Origin: Chromatiaceae bacterium
GTDB lineage: Bacteria > Pseudomonadota > Gammaproteobacteria > Chromatiales > Chromatiaceae
NCBI GenBank assembly: GCA_049654905.1
Contig: JBASIS010000047.1
Span: forward strand, 1-56,952
Length of the DNA: 56,952 nt
Reading direction: 5' to 3'
This document shows positions 18,316-26,591 of the stretch, piece after piece; the first letter of the stretch is position 1; every line of letters starts with the position of its first letter. The translations under genes and the position numbers were made by a program. Under the pieces are notes generated by a model. It did not search any database and was not told the DNA's origin. It saw only the letters and a program-made list of their open reading frames with translations.

Positions 18316-20984
18316 CGGTAGCCTTCGTCGCCGTAAACGTCCGAGATGTAGTTCTCGAACTTGGTGTACTTGCCCAGGAAGGTTAGCCGCGTGGTACCGA
18401 TGGGCCCGTTACGCTGCTTGCCGATGATGATTTCGGCGACCCCCTTGTCCTTGCTGTCCTCGTGATAAACCTCGTCGCGGTAAATAAAAACAATGAGATC
18501 CGCGTCCTGTTCGATGGCTCCGGAGTTATGACTGATGATGCCGTCCGCCAGCCAACTGGCAGAGCCGGGGACCGTGAGATCGAAGACCTCCTCCTCCCCA
18601 GCCTCCTCAATGGCGACGATGCGATCCCAGAAGATGTCGCTGCTGGCCTGATTGCGTAGTGGCTCGTCGTCCAGGAGTTCGGCATAGCTCGCCAGAGTTT
18701 GACGCGATGGCGCGAAGTTGAAGTGTGCCTGGCCGCCATAGGAGGTACCACGCATCTGGGCCATCCCTCGGGTAGTGACACCTTGGGAACGCATGACCGC
18801 ACGAACCTGGTCGAAGACCTGGACAGGTAAAGTGTCCAAATTAGTGTTGGGGACTGTATGGGCAATCAGGGCGCTAAGCAGCTTGGCCTGGTTTTCTCTG
18901 GGGCCAAAGGCCCCGACCTCTCCGAGAAAAAGCCGTTGCTGTTCCGCGCCCCTGATCCAGACCATATAGGTAGTGCGGTATTGCTCGCTCGTCACGGCCT
19001 GGATGCGTCCGCGGATACCCAGGCGGAGCAAAAGGGCCATGACATCGTCAGCCAGGCCTTGACTGTTGGTGCTCAGGTGGACACCGTGACTGCCTCGCTG
19101 ACCCGGTTTGCGGGGAGAGATGGTACCGTCGGTAGCCCATAGATGTCTCAGGAAGAGGGCGATTTGCTCGTTGGCGAGTTGGAAGAGGGCCGATGGCACC
19201 CGCTTTTCGTGAGACCGTTGGCCAAAAATCCCCAGACTGCGCAGCCAGAGGTTGATACCCGCTGGATGCCAGCGATTACCATTGCCGCTGAATACCAGTT
19301 GATGCCAAGCCCCCTTGCCTTCATGGCGATTGACCTGAACGCCGAAGTGCTGGATTGCGGAATCAGACACTATCCGGCTATTGGCATCGGATGCCGTGGT
19401 ATAGCGTAAGGGCTGGCCCTTGAGGTAGCTGCCGTCACCCATCAGGTGGGCAAGCAGAATGATTTCCGGCTCGGGCCAAACCAGGGCTGTGGAGGGTTCT
19501 GGCACTTGCCGCGCGGTACCCAGGCGGTCACCCGCACGGAGTTCACCGATGGTACGCCAACCCTCCGCGCCATAAAGCCGGTGGTTGGCCGTGCCACGCA
19601 GGCGGCGTCCACTGGCTAGTCGGACCTCGAATACGGGTTTAGGGCCAACACGCCAAACCTTATCCGAGGTGGCCTTGATCAGCCTGCCCTGTTCATTCAT
19701 CGAGAGCACTTCCGGGGTCTGGCCGACCAGGTCGCGAATGGGAACCCGGCTGCCATCGGCCAGCAAGACTAAGGTATCCCCGGTCACGCACTCGCGCAGA
19801 TCCGACATCACCGGCCGCTTGTTGGGGCGCTGCTCCAGGCTGCGGTTGAGCTGGGAGAGGGCGACGACGGGGACCTTGAGTTCCTTGGCCAGGGCCTTGA
19901 GGGAGCGGGAGATGGCGGAGATCTCGGTGGCGCGGTTCTCGCTGTTGCCCGGCACCTGCATGAGTTGGAGGTAATCCAGGACGATGAGCGCCAGGTCGCC
20001 GTGCTCGCGTTTGAGGCGGCGTGCGCGGGCGCGGACCTCGGTCGGCGATAGGGCCGGGGTGTCGTCAATATAGACGGGGGCGTCTGCCAGCATGTTCACC
20101 GCCGAGGTCAGGCGCGGCCACTCGTCCTCCTCCAGTTTGCCGGTGCGCACCCGGTGCTGATCAATGCGTCCCAGGGAGGACATCATGCGCATGGCCAGGG
20201 CGTCGCCGGGCATCTCCATGCTGAAGATGGCGACCGGCCGTTTCACCTCCAGGGCCACGTTTTCCGCCAGGTTCATCGCGAAACTGGTCTTGCCCATTGA
20301 GGGCCGCCCCGCCACGATGATGAGGTCCGAGGGCTGGAGACCGGAGGTCATCTCGTCGAAATCGGCAAAGCCGGTGGGCAGGCCGGTGATGGGCTCGTTG
20401 CGCTGAAAGAGGATCTCGATGCGCTCCACGGCCCGGCCGAGGAGGCCGCGCAGGGACTGGAAGCCACCACCGCCGCGCTGTTCCTGCTCGGCGATTTCGA
20501 AGACCCGCCGTTCCGCCTCGTCCAGCAGCTCCGCCACCTCCCGGCCCTCGGTGTTGAAGGCGATGTCGCTGATGCCGGTGCCGACGGAGATGAGCTGGCG
20601 CAGCACCGAGCGCTCGCGCACGATCTTGGCGTAGGCCTTGACGTTGGCGGCGCTGGGGGTGCCGGTGGCGATGACGCCCAGGTAGGGCAAGCCGCCGGCG
20701 TCCTCGAGTTGGTCGGTGCGCTCCAACATTTCGGCCAGGGTGACGACGTCGAAGGGCTGGTCACGGGCCGCCAGGTCGCGGATGGCGCCAAAGATGAGAC
20801 GGTGTTCGCGCCGGTAGAAATCGCCCTCGCCCACCTTGTCGGCCACCGAATCCCAGGTCTGGTTGTCCAGCATGAGGCCGCCGAGCAGGGACTGTTCCGC
20901 CTGGTTCGAATGGGGGGGGATGCGCAACCGTTCGCCGGACGGCAGTTCCTGTTCGGGGTAAGGCAGGTCGTAGGGGTCGGACAT
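18312..20984 (-). CDS. dnaB: Replicative DNA helicase DnaB, interrupted in frame by a 422-aa intein (extein 398 + 70 = 468 aa)
   Basis: PPHSNQAEQSLLGGLMLD, Walker A AGRPSMGKTSFA, LIVLDYLQLM, then ...MSDLRE | CVTGDTLV...IISHN | SGAIEQDADLIVFIYRDEVY. Confidence 0.95.
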   Translation of the reverse strand: MSDPYDLPYPEQELPSGERLRIPPHSNQAEQSLLGGLMLDNQTWDSVADKVGEGDFYRREHRLIFGAIRDLAARDQPFDVVTLAEMLERTDQLEDAGGLPYLGVIATGTPSAANVKAYAKIVRERSVLRQLISVGTGISDIAFNTEGREVAELLDEAERRVFEIAEQEQRGGGGFQSLRGLLGRAVERIEILFQRNEPITGLPTGFADFDEMTSGLQPSDLIIVAGRPSMGKTSFAMNLAENVALEVKRPVAIFSMEMPGDALAMRMMSSLGRIDQHRVRTGKLEEDEWPRLTSAVNMLADAPVYIDDTPALSPTEVRARARRLKREHGDLALIVLDYLQLMQVPGNSENRATEISAISRSLKALAKELKVPVVALSQLNRSLEQRPNKRPVMSDLRECVTGDTLVLLADGSRVPIRDLVGQTPEVLSMNEQGRLIKATSDKVWRVGPKPVFEVRLASGRRLRGTANHRLYGAEGWRTIGELRAGDRLGTARQVPEPSTALVWPEPEIILLAHLMGDGSYLKGQPLRYTTASDANSRIVSDSAIQHFGVQVNRHEGKGAWHQLVFSGNGNRWHPAGINLWLRSLGIFGQRSHEKRVPSALFQLANEQIALFLRHLWATDGTISPRKPGQRGSHGVHLSTNSQGLADDVMALLLRLGIRGRIQAVTSEQYRTTYMVWIRGAEQQRLFLGEVGAFGPRENQAKLLSALIAHTVPNTNLDTLPVQVFDQVRAVMRSQGVTTRGMAQMRGTSYGGQAHFNFAPSRQTLASYAELLDDEPLRNQASSDIFWDRIVAIEEAGEEEVFDLTVPGSASWLADGIISHNSGAIEQDADLIVFIYRDEVYHEDSKDKGVAEIIIGKQRNGPIGTTRLTFLGKYTKFENYISDVYGDEGYR
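18525..19790 (-). mobile_element. DnaB intein with embedded LAGLIDADG homing-endonuclease domain
   Basis: Block A CVTGDTLVLLADG (Cys1 codon at 19790-19788), block B GTANHRLY (TxxH), LAGLIDADG-like LLAHLMGDGSY and FLRHLWATDGTI, block F/G VFDLTVPGSASWLADGIISHN followed by +1 Ser (18524-18522). Confidence 0.9.
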
Positions 20985-21046
20985 GGATTGCTCGAAGCCG
21001 GGCGCAAGCGGGAAGGGCGCCGCGAGGGAGGTAGGTCTTAGACCTG

Positions 21047-21083
21047 GACCTGGCCCGGGGGGTGATGCGCCCCGGGCCAGGTC
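21047..21083 (-). terminator. GC-rich hairpin between rplI and dnaB (terminator or attenuator-like, no U-tract)
   Basis: 14-bp inverted repeat 21047-21060 / 21070-21083 (core cctggcccgggg ... ccccgggccagg) with a 9-nt loop, 7 nt downstream of the rplI stop. Confidence 0.45.
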
Positions 21084-21089
21084 GCGCGA

Positions 21090-21539
21090 CTAGCTCGCGG
21101 GGACGATCTCGATCTTGAGGGTGGCGTCAATCTCGGGATGGAGATGAACGCTGACCTCGTAATGGCCGGTGGCCCGGAAGGAGCCTGCGGGCAGGCGCAC
21201 TTCTTGCTTGTTGAGCTTTAAGCCCAGGGCCACCACCGCCTCGGCGATATCACCGGTGCCCACGGAGCCGAAGAGACGGCCCTCGTCACCAGCCTTGCGG
21301 GCGATGGTCACGGAGCGGCCATCGAGTTCTTCCCGGCGTTCGTCGGCGATGGCATAGGCCTCGGCGGCGAGTTGTTCCAGTTCGGAGCGACGCTCCTCGA
21401 AGCGCTTGAGGTTATCCGCCGTGGCGGGTACCGCATAGCCCTGCGGAATGAGGAAATTGCGGCCGTAACCGGCGCGAATGTCCACCTTTTCGCCTAGGTT
21501 GCCGAGATTGGCGACCTTTTTCATCAGGATGACTTCCAC
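21090..21539 (-). CDS. rplI: 50S ribosomal protein L9
   Basis: (M)EVILMKKVANLGNLGEKVDIRAGYGRNFLIPQGYAVPAT aligns with E. coli MQVILLDKVANLGSLGDQV... GTG (rc) at 21539 gives 149 aa plus stop. Confidence 0.92.
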   Translation of the reverse strand: MEVILMKKVANLGNLGEKVDIRAGYGRNFLIPQGYAVPATADNLKRFEERRSELEQLAAEAYAIADERREELDGRSVTIARKAGDEGRLFGSVGTGDIAEAVVALGLKLNKQEVRLPAGSFRATGHYEVSVHLHPEIDATLKIEIVPAS

Positions 21540-21636
21540 TTGGGTACCCCCAGTAAGATTTTCAGTAGCGGCGGACCAGGTCACGGGGTGGCGCGGTCCA
21601 CGATGGATGTCGAAGGCCGCCCCGGGGCGGCCCTCT

Positions 21637-22548
21637 TCAGTTCTTTTCGGCTTGGCGCGGTCTGACCCTAGCGCGCACGTTTACCCAAATATCCGCCAAA
21701 CCCAGGCCGGCGGTCAAAACCTGAGCGTGGGGCAGCGCCAGCAGGAAAAGGGCGTATAAGCCAATCAACCAGCCCCGGTTGGCCTGCAGCGCCTTGACCA
21801 GCCAGTGGATCAGCGCCAATCCCTGGAGCAGAAACAGGGGGGTGATCAGGATGAGCAGATCCGCCGCCCACTGGCTTTCGCTCTTGACCAGGATGAAGGC
21901 CATCAGGGCCAGCCCCAGGACCCCCAGCCCCTTGCCCAGGCGCAGATCGCGAAACTCGGCGCCGAATCCGCCGGGATTGTAAAGCAACGACTGCCACCAA
22001 CGCCCCAGGAAGAGCGCCAGCAGGGCCTGGAAGTAAAAGGTCGCGGCGAAGGCTCCCGTCATCCAACGGGCCACCTCCAGGATCAGGGCTTGGCTTTCGG
22101 CATCGGTCAGAATGCCACCCTCGATCAGGCCCTGTCGCACCGGCTCCATGAGTTCGGCCCAGTAGGCGGCGGGATCGGTCAGGCCCACCTTCAGCCCGAT
22201 CAGGATGGCCAGACCCATGAGACCCGCCGTCGTCACCGTCAGGGCTGGCAAGCCGCTGTTGCGCAGCAGCACCGCCAGGACCCAGACCGGCAGCCAGAGG
22301 GCCAGGGCGAAGCCCAGGGCGGGCCCGGGGCTGCCCAGTGCCGCGAAGGCGAAGAGACCGCTCGCCAGTCCGGCGAAGAGCCCCACCAGCAGGCCCTCGA
22401 CCGGACCCTGGCGCAAGGTGGCCAGGGCCAGGGTCGCGGAACTGAGCAGGCCTGTCAGCGGGAAGAGCAGCGACAGGAGCGCGAACACCGCGGCCACCAG
22501 TGCGGCCTGGGAACGGCCACGCATGATGAAAGAGGCCAGACCTAGCAT
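21637..22548 (-). CDS. Polytopic inner-membrane protein (DUF2232-like) within the rpsF operon
   Basis: Eight or more hydrophobic segments. Its position between rpsR and rplI matches the DUF2232 gene seen there in other Proteobacteria. Family call from synteny memory. Confidence 0.5.
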   Translation of the reverse strand: MLGLASFIMRGRSQAALVAAVFALLSLLFPLTGLLSSATLALATLRQGPVEGLLVGLFAGLASGLFAFAALGSPGPALGFALALWLPVWVLAVLLRNSGLPALTVTTAGLMGLAILIGLKVGLTDPAAYWAELMEPVRQGLIEGGILTDAESQALILEVARWMTGAFAATFYFQALLALFLGRWWQSLLYNPGGFGAEFRDLRLGKGLGVLGLALMAFILVKSESQWAADLLILITPLFLLQGLALIHWLVKALQANRGWLIGLYALFLLALPHAQVLTAGLGLADIWVNVRARVRPRQAEKN

Positions 22549-22624
22549 GGCGCGTCTCGTCTCGTCGGACCTGGGTCCAGGCCACCCGGCATCCGCGTCC
22601 GGTGTAGCCTGGACGGGCGCCTGA

Positions 22625-22849
22625 TCAATGGCCGTCTGAGTAAGGCAGCAGGGCCAGGAAACGCGCCCGCTTGACGGCTAGGGCCAGTTGACGTTGATAC
22701 TTGGCCGAGGTGCCGGTGATGCGGCTGGGCACTATCTTGCCCGACTCGCTGACATAAGCCTTGAGGAGATTGAGATCCTTGTAGTCGATCTCGGTAATGC
22801 CCTCGGCGGTGAAGCGACAGTAGCGCTTGCGGCGGAAAAATTTTGACAT
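22625..22849 (-). CDS. rpsR: 30S ribosomal protein S18
   Basis: [52 protein letters not shown]. Confidence 0.95.
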   Translation of the reverse strand: MSKFFRRKRYCRFTAEGITEIDYKDLNLLKAYVSESGKIVPSRITGTSAKYQRQLALAVKRARFLALLPYSDGH

Positions 22850-22858
22850 GGCAACCTC

Positions 22859-23281
22859 TTACTCAAGCTCGTCTTCGTCGTCCATTTCCTCGATCCGCTC
22901 CACGCGCTCGGGGCGGTCGCGGCGGCGGCGCTCGCCACCAGAATCATCGGAGGAGGGTTCCTCCTCGGACTTGGCGAGGGGCGAGGGCTCGGTAACGGCC
23001 GCGTCACGGATGAGGATGAGGTTACGCAGCACCGCGTCATTGAAGCGGAAGGCGCTTTCCAGTTCGTCCAGGGTGGGCTGGTCGCATTCGACATTCATCA
23101 GAATGTAGTGGGCCTTGTGGATCTTGTTGATCGGATAGGCCAGTTGCCGGCGACCCCAATCCTCGTAGCGATGGATCTTGCCGCCGGACTTTTCGACGCT
23201 GGCGCGATAGCGCTCCACCATGGCGGGCACCTGCTCGCTCTGGCTGGGGTGCACCAGGAACACGATTTCGTAATGACGCAT
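22859..23281 (-). CDS. rpsF: 30S ribosomal protein S6 (acidic C-terminal tail)
   Basis: [25 protein letters not shown]...[21 protein letters not shown]. Confidence 0.95.
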   Translation of the reverse strand: MRHYEIVFLVHPSQSEQVPAMVERYRASVEKSGGKIHRYEDWGRRQLAYPINKIHKAHYILMNVECDQPTLDELESAFRFNDAVLRNLILIRDAAVTEPSPLAKSEEEPSSDDSGGERRRRDRPERVERIEEMDDEDELE

Positions 23282-23335
23282 GTGGTCTCCTTACGGGTTA
23301 AACAGCCTCGCATGGGACAGTGAGGCAAGGAGTAG

Positions 23336-23353
23336 CCTCCCGAAGCCGGGAGG
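23336..23353 (-). promoter_or_regulatory. Stable tetraloop hairpin in the rpsF 5' leader (candidate S6:S18 autoregulatory leader)
   Basis: cctcccg-aagc-cgggagg is a perfect 7-bp stem, 55-72 nt upstream of the rpsF ATG. Confidence 0.3.
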
Positions 23354-23461
23354 ATCGGGCATTATACGGAAATACCCCGCCGGGTCAAAAACCATCGAAG
23401 GGGCGAGGGCGCGGGGTTAAACTCCCCGACGACTGATTGCACCCCCCGCGAGGACACCCTA

Positions 23462-24844
23462 TTGCCCACATCACCCACCAAGGTCCGCCTGGCCTATGTC
23501 TGTAGTGGTTGCGGCGCCAGCCTCAACAAATGGGCTGGGCGCTGCCCGGATTGCGGCGCCTGGAACTCGGTCGAGGAGATCCCGGACGCGCCGGCGGCGG
23601 GCCGCGGCCGGCAGGGTTATGCGGGCGCCGCTGCCAGTGCCGGGGTCCTGTCCCTGGAGGCGGTCAGTCCGGAACGGGAGACGCGCACCAGCAGTGGCAT
23701 CGCCGAGCTGGACCGGGTCCTGGGCGGTGGTCTGGTGGCCGGGTCCGTGGTCCTGATCGGTGGCGACCCGGGCATCGGCAAGTCCACCCTCCTGCTCCAG
23801 GCCTGCGCCGCCCTCAGCGCCAGCCTGGGGCCCGAACGGCCGGTGCTCTACGTCACCGGGGAGGAATCGCCCCAGCAGGTGAGTCTGCGCGCCCGACGCC
23901 TGGGCCTAAGCGGCGCCGGCATCCGTCTGCTGGCGGAGACCGGGGTCGAACGGATCCTCGCCGCCGCCTCCAGCGAGCAGCCGCGGGTCCTGGTGGTCGA
24001 CTCCATCCAGACCACCTACACCGACCTCCTGCCGTCCGCCCCCGGCTCCGTGTCCCAGGTACGGGAGACGGCGGCGCAACTGGTACGCTGGGCCAAGCAG
24101 GGCGATACCTGCGTCTTCCTGGTCGGACACGTCACCAAGGAAGGGGCACTGGCCGGCCCCCGGGTGCTGGAGCACATGGTCGATACCGTCCTCTATTTCG
24201 AGGGCGAGGCCGGCAGCCCTTACCGGCTGGTGCGCGCGGTCAAGAACCGCTTCGGCGCCGTCAACGAACTGGGCGTTTTCGCCATGACGGACCGCGGCTT
24301 GAAGGAGGTTCGCAACCCCTCCGCCATCTTCCTCTCCCGCCATGACCAGCCCGTGCCCGGCAGTCTGGTCATGATCACCCGCGAGGGCACCCGGCCCCTC
24401 ATGGTCGAGGTCCAGGCCCTGGTGGACGAGAGCCCCCTGGCCAATCCCCGACGCGTGGCACTGGGTCTGGAGCAGAATCGGCTGTCCATGCTGCTGGCGG
24501 TGCTCCACCGCCATGGCGGCCTGGCCATGTTCGACCGGGATGTCTTCGTCAACGTCGTGGGCGGGGTGCGCATCACCGAGACCGCCGCCGACCTGGCGGT
24601 GTTGCTGGCGGTGCTCTCCAGTTATCGCGACCGGCCCCTGGACCTGGAGCTGGCGGTCTTCGGTGAGGTGGGCCTGAGCGGCGAGATCCGCCCCGTGCCC
24701 AACGGCCCCGACCGGTTGCGCGAGGCCGCCAAGCATGGCATCAAGCGCGTCATCGCCCCCAAGGGTAATGTCCCCAAGGGCGGTGTCGAGGGTCTGGAGA
24801 TCCTGGAGGTGCGGAGCCTGAAGGAGGCGATCGACGGGGTCTGA
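23462..24844 (+). CDS. radA: DNA repair protein RadA/Sms
   Basis: Zinc finger YVCSGCGASLNKWAGRCPDCGAWNS, Walker A GGDPGIGKSTLLLQ, KNRFG motif, Lon-like C-terminus; TTG start. Confidence 0.93.
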   Translation: MPTSPTKVRLAYVCSGCGASLNKWAGRCPDCGAWNSVEEIPDAPAAGRGRQGYAGAAASAGVLSLEAVSPERETRTSSGIAELDRVLGGGLVAGSVVLIGGDPGIGKSTLLLQACAALSASLGPERPVLYVTGEESPQQVSLRARRLGLSGAGIRLLAETGVERILAAASSEQPRVLVVDSIQTTYTDLLPSAPGSVSQVRETAAQLVRWAKQGDTCVFLVGHVTKEGALAGPRVLEHMVDTVLYFEGEAGSPYRLVRAVKNRFGAVNELGVFAMTDRGLKEVRNPSAIFLSRHDQPVPGSLVMITREGTRPLMVEVQALVDESPLANPRRVALGLEQNRLSMLLAVLHRHGGLAMFDRDVFVNVVGGVRITETAADLAVLLAVLSSYRDRPLDLELAVFGEVGLSGEIRPVPNGPDRLREAAKHGIKRVIAPKGNVPKGGVEGLEILEVRSLKEAIDGV

Positions 24845-24950
24845 AGGCATCCTTGCCACGCGAACTGACGGACGGGACAGCCGACTCCCGGCTATGGGTC
24901 CTCTTTCTCCCTACACCCGGTTCGATATCTAGGAACGGAATCGCATTGAC

Positions 24951-26120
24951 CTAGCTGCCCGGCAGTTCCGTGCCGCGACTCATGATCTCGATATAGCCCT
25001 CGTAGCTGAACAGGCGGTTACGCTTTTGGGCGGTGAGCTCTTTGACGATGCTGAGCTGCTCCAGATGGCCGAGTGCCTTGTTGACCGTAGCCGGGGTGAT
25101 GCCGGTCCTCGCCACCAGCGAGCCCGAGGTGGCGATGGGGTGCTCCATCAGCGCCCGGTGGACCTGTAGGGTGGAGGCCGCCGCTCGGCCGAGGCCACTG
25201 ATCTTGTCGCGATCCCGTTTGGACAGGTCGAGGAGCTGTTGGGCGGTTGCCACCGCCTGGGTGGCCGTGACGATGACCGCCTCGGCGAAGAAGTCGAGCC
25301 AGACTTCCCAGTCGCCGGTCAGGCGGACCTGGTTGAGCAGCTCGTAGTAATACGGGCGGTGCGTCTTGAAATAGAGGCTGAGGTAGAGCATGGGCTCCCG
25401 CAGTATCTTTTGCTCGCACAGCAGCAGGGTAATCAGCAGTCGCCCAAGACGGCCGTTACCGTCGAGGAAGGGGTGAATGGTCTCGAACTGCACATGAGCC
25501 AGCGCCACCTTGAGCAGCGCCGAGGTCGGCTCCGGCTGGTCATGGAGGAAGAGCTCCAGCCTGCTCATGCACTCCAGCACCTCTTCGGCCGGAGGCGGGA
25601 CGAAGGCCGCGTTGCCCGGCCGGGTGCCGCCGATCCAGTTCTGGCTGCGCCGGAACTCGCCCGGGGTCTGATGGCTGCCCCGGCCCTTGGTCAGCAGCAC
25701 GCCATGGATCTCGCGGAATAGCCGCAGCGACAGCGGCAGCCCTTCCTCCAGCAGGCGCAGGCCATGGACGAGGGCGGCGACATAGTTGCTGACCTCCCGC
25801 ACGTCATCCAGCGGCACACCCGGTTCCTGATCCAGTTCGAACAGCAGCAGGTCGGATAGCGAGGACTGAGTGCCCTCGATCATGGAAGAGAGTACCGCCT
25901 CTTTTCGGACATACAGGTAGAGGAACAGCGAGGTGTCCGGCAGCAGGGTCGAGACGCTATCCAGCCGCCCGAGCGCCAGCAGCGCTTGGTCGAATTTGCC
26001 GCGCAGCTTCGGGGTCCAGTCGATGGGTGGGCGCGGCGGCAGCGGGGCGGGCACGAAGGCCTTGGCCTTCTCACCCACCGTCGAAATGGTCACATATCTG
26101 CCTTGGAGTGCTCGCTTCAT
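24951..26120 (-). CDS. Fic-family AMP-transferase (class II, N-terminal inhibitory helix) with C-terminal winged HTH
   Basis: Fic motif HPFLDGNGRLGRLL; inhibitory (S/T)xxxE(G/N) motif SSMIEG upstream; C-terminal TGITPATVNKALGHLEQLSIV. Confidence 0.88.
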   Translation of the reverse strand: MKRALQGRYVTISTVGEKAKAFVPAPLPPRPPIDWTPKLRGKFDQALLALGRLDSVSTLLPDTSLFLYLYVRKEAVLSSMIEGTQSSLSDLLLFELDQEPGVPLDDVREVSNYVAALVHGLRLLEEGLPLSLRLFREIHGVLLTKGRGSHQTPGEFRRSQNWIGGTRPGNAAFVPPPAEEVLECMSRLELFLHDQPEPTSALLKVALAHVQFETIHPFLDGNGRLGRLLITLLLCEQKILREPMLYLSLYFKTHRPYYYELLNQVRLTGDWEVWLDFFAEAVIVTATQAVATAQQLLDLSKRDRDKISGLGRAAASTLQVHRALMEHPIATSGSLVARTGITPATVNKALGHLEQLSIVKELTAQKRNRLFSYEGYIEIMSRGTELPGS

Positions 26121-26137
26121 CCTGCCTGCCTCGAACC

Positions 26138-26162
26138 TAAAATAAAATTCGTCTTTATTTTA
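26138..26162. promoter_or_regulatory. AT-rich inverted repeat in the fic promoter region
   Basis: taaaataaa-N7-tttatttta, 18-42 bp upstream of the fic ATG, inside an about 70-bp AT-rich tract (26131-26200) in an otherwise GC-rich genome. Confidence 0.35.
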
Positions 26163-26533
26163 CATTAAATGCATATATTAAAATAAAAAGCCGGGCAGGG
26201 AGAAATCAATCAGCTTTCCCGATTGGACGTTTCGATTTCCCCAGATGGGCGTTTGAGGTCGCGGCCTTGTTCATAAGCCGGGCCAAGACCCACGATTCCG
26301 TTAGGATCCGGCGCTATCACTATACATAAGATCAATATGTTACGGCGAGTTCCCGGAGATCGACTCGGCGGGTGGGGGGAGTAATGAATAAGGCATCCAG
26401 TTCGGCCACCGGATGTCGCGCAGGGACATGGGCGTGGCCCGATCTCGGTACGGATGACCTTGAAAGGCCCGGCGATTTGCGCGGCCGTCCCCTGATTACT
26501 GGGATGGTTGCCGCGCCGCCGCCAGGGAGGCGC

Positions 26534-26574
26534 CCCGAAGAGGATGGCCAGTCCCCTTGCCCATCCTCTTCGGG
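26534..26574 (-). terminator. Hairpin immediately downstream of the CMD-Rieske gene
   Basis: 14-bp stem cccgaagaggatgg / ccatcctcttcggg with a 13-nt loop, 18 nt beyond the stop at 26592; no U-tract. Confidence 0.45.
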
Positions 26575-26591
26575 CGCGGTCGCGACCGCGC

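Noticed and set aside
26332-26591. Small ORFs between fic and the CMD-Rieske gene (112-aa minus ORF, a 29-aa MSLRDIRWPNW... peptide) as a possible Fic antitoxin.
   Set aside because: The 112-aa ORF overlaps the Rieske gene out of frame and is Arg/Pro/Gly-rich (GC artefact). The short peptide has no ribosome-binding site and no similarity to known antitoxin inhibitory motifs ((S/T)xxxE(G/N) is absent).
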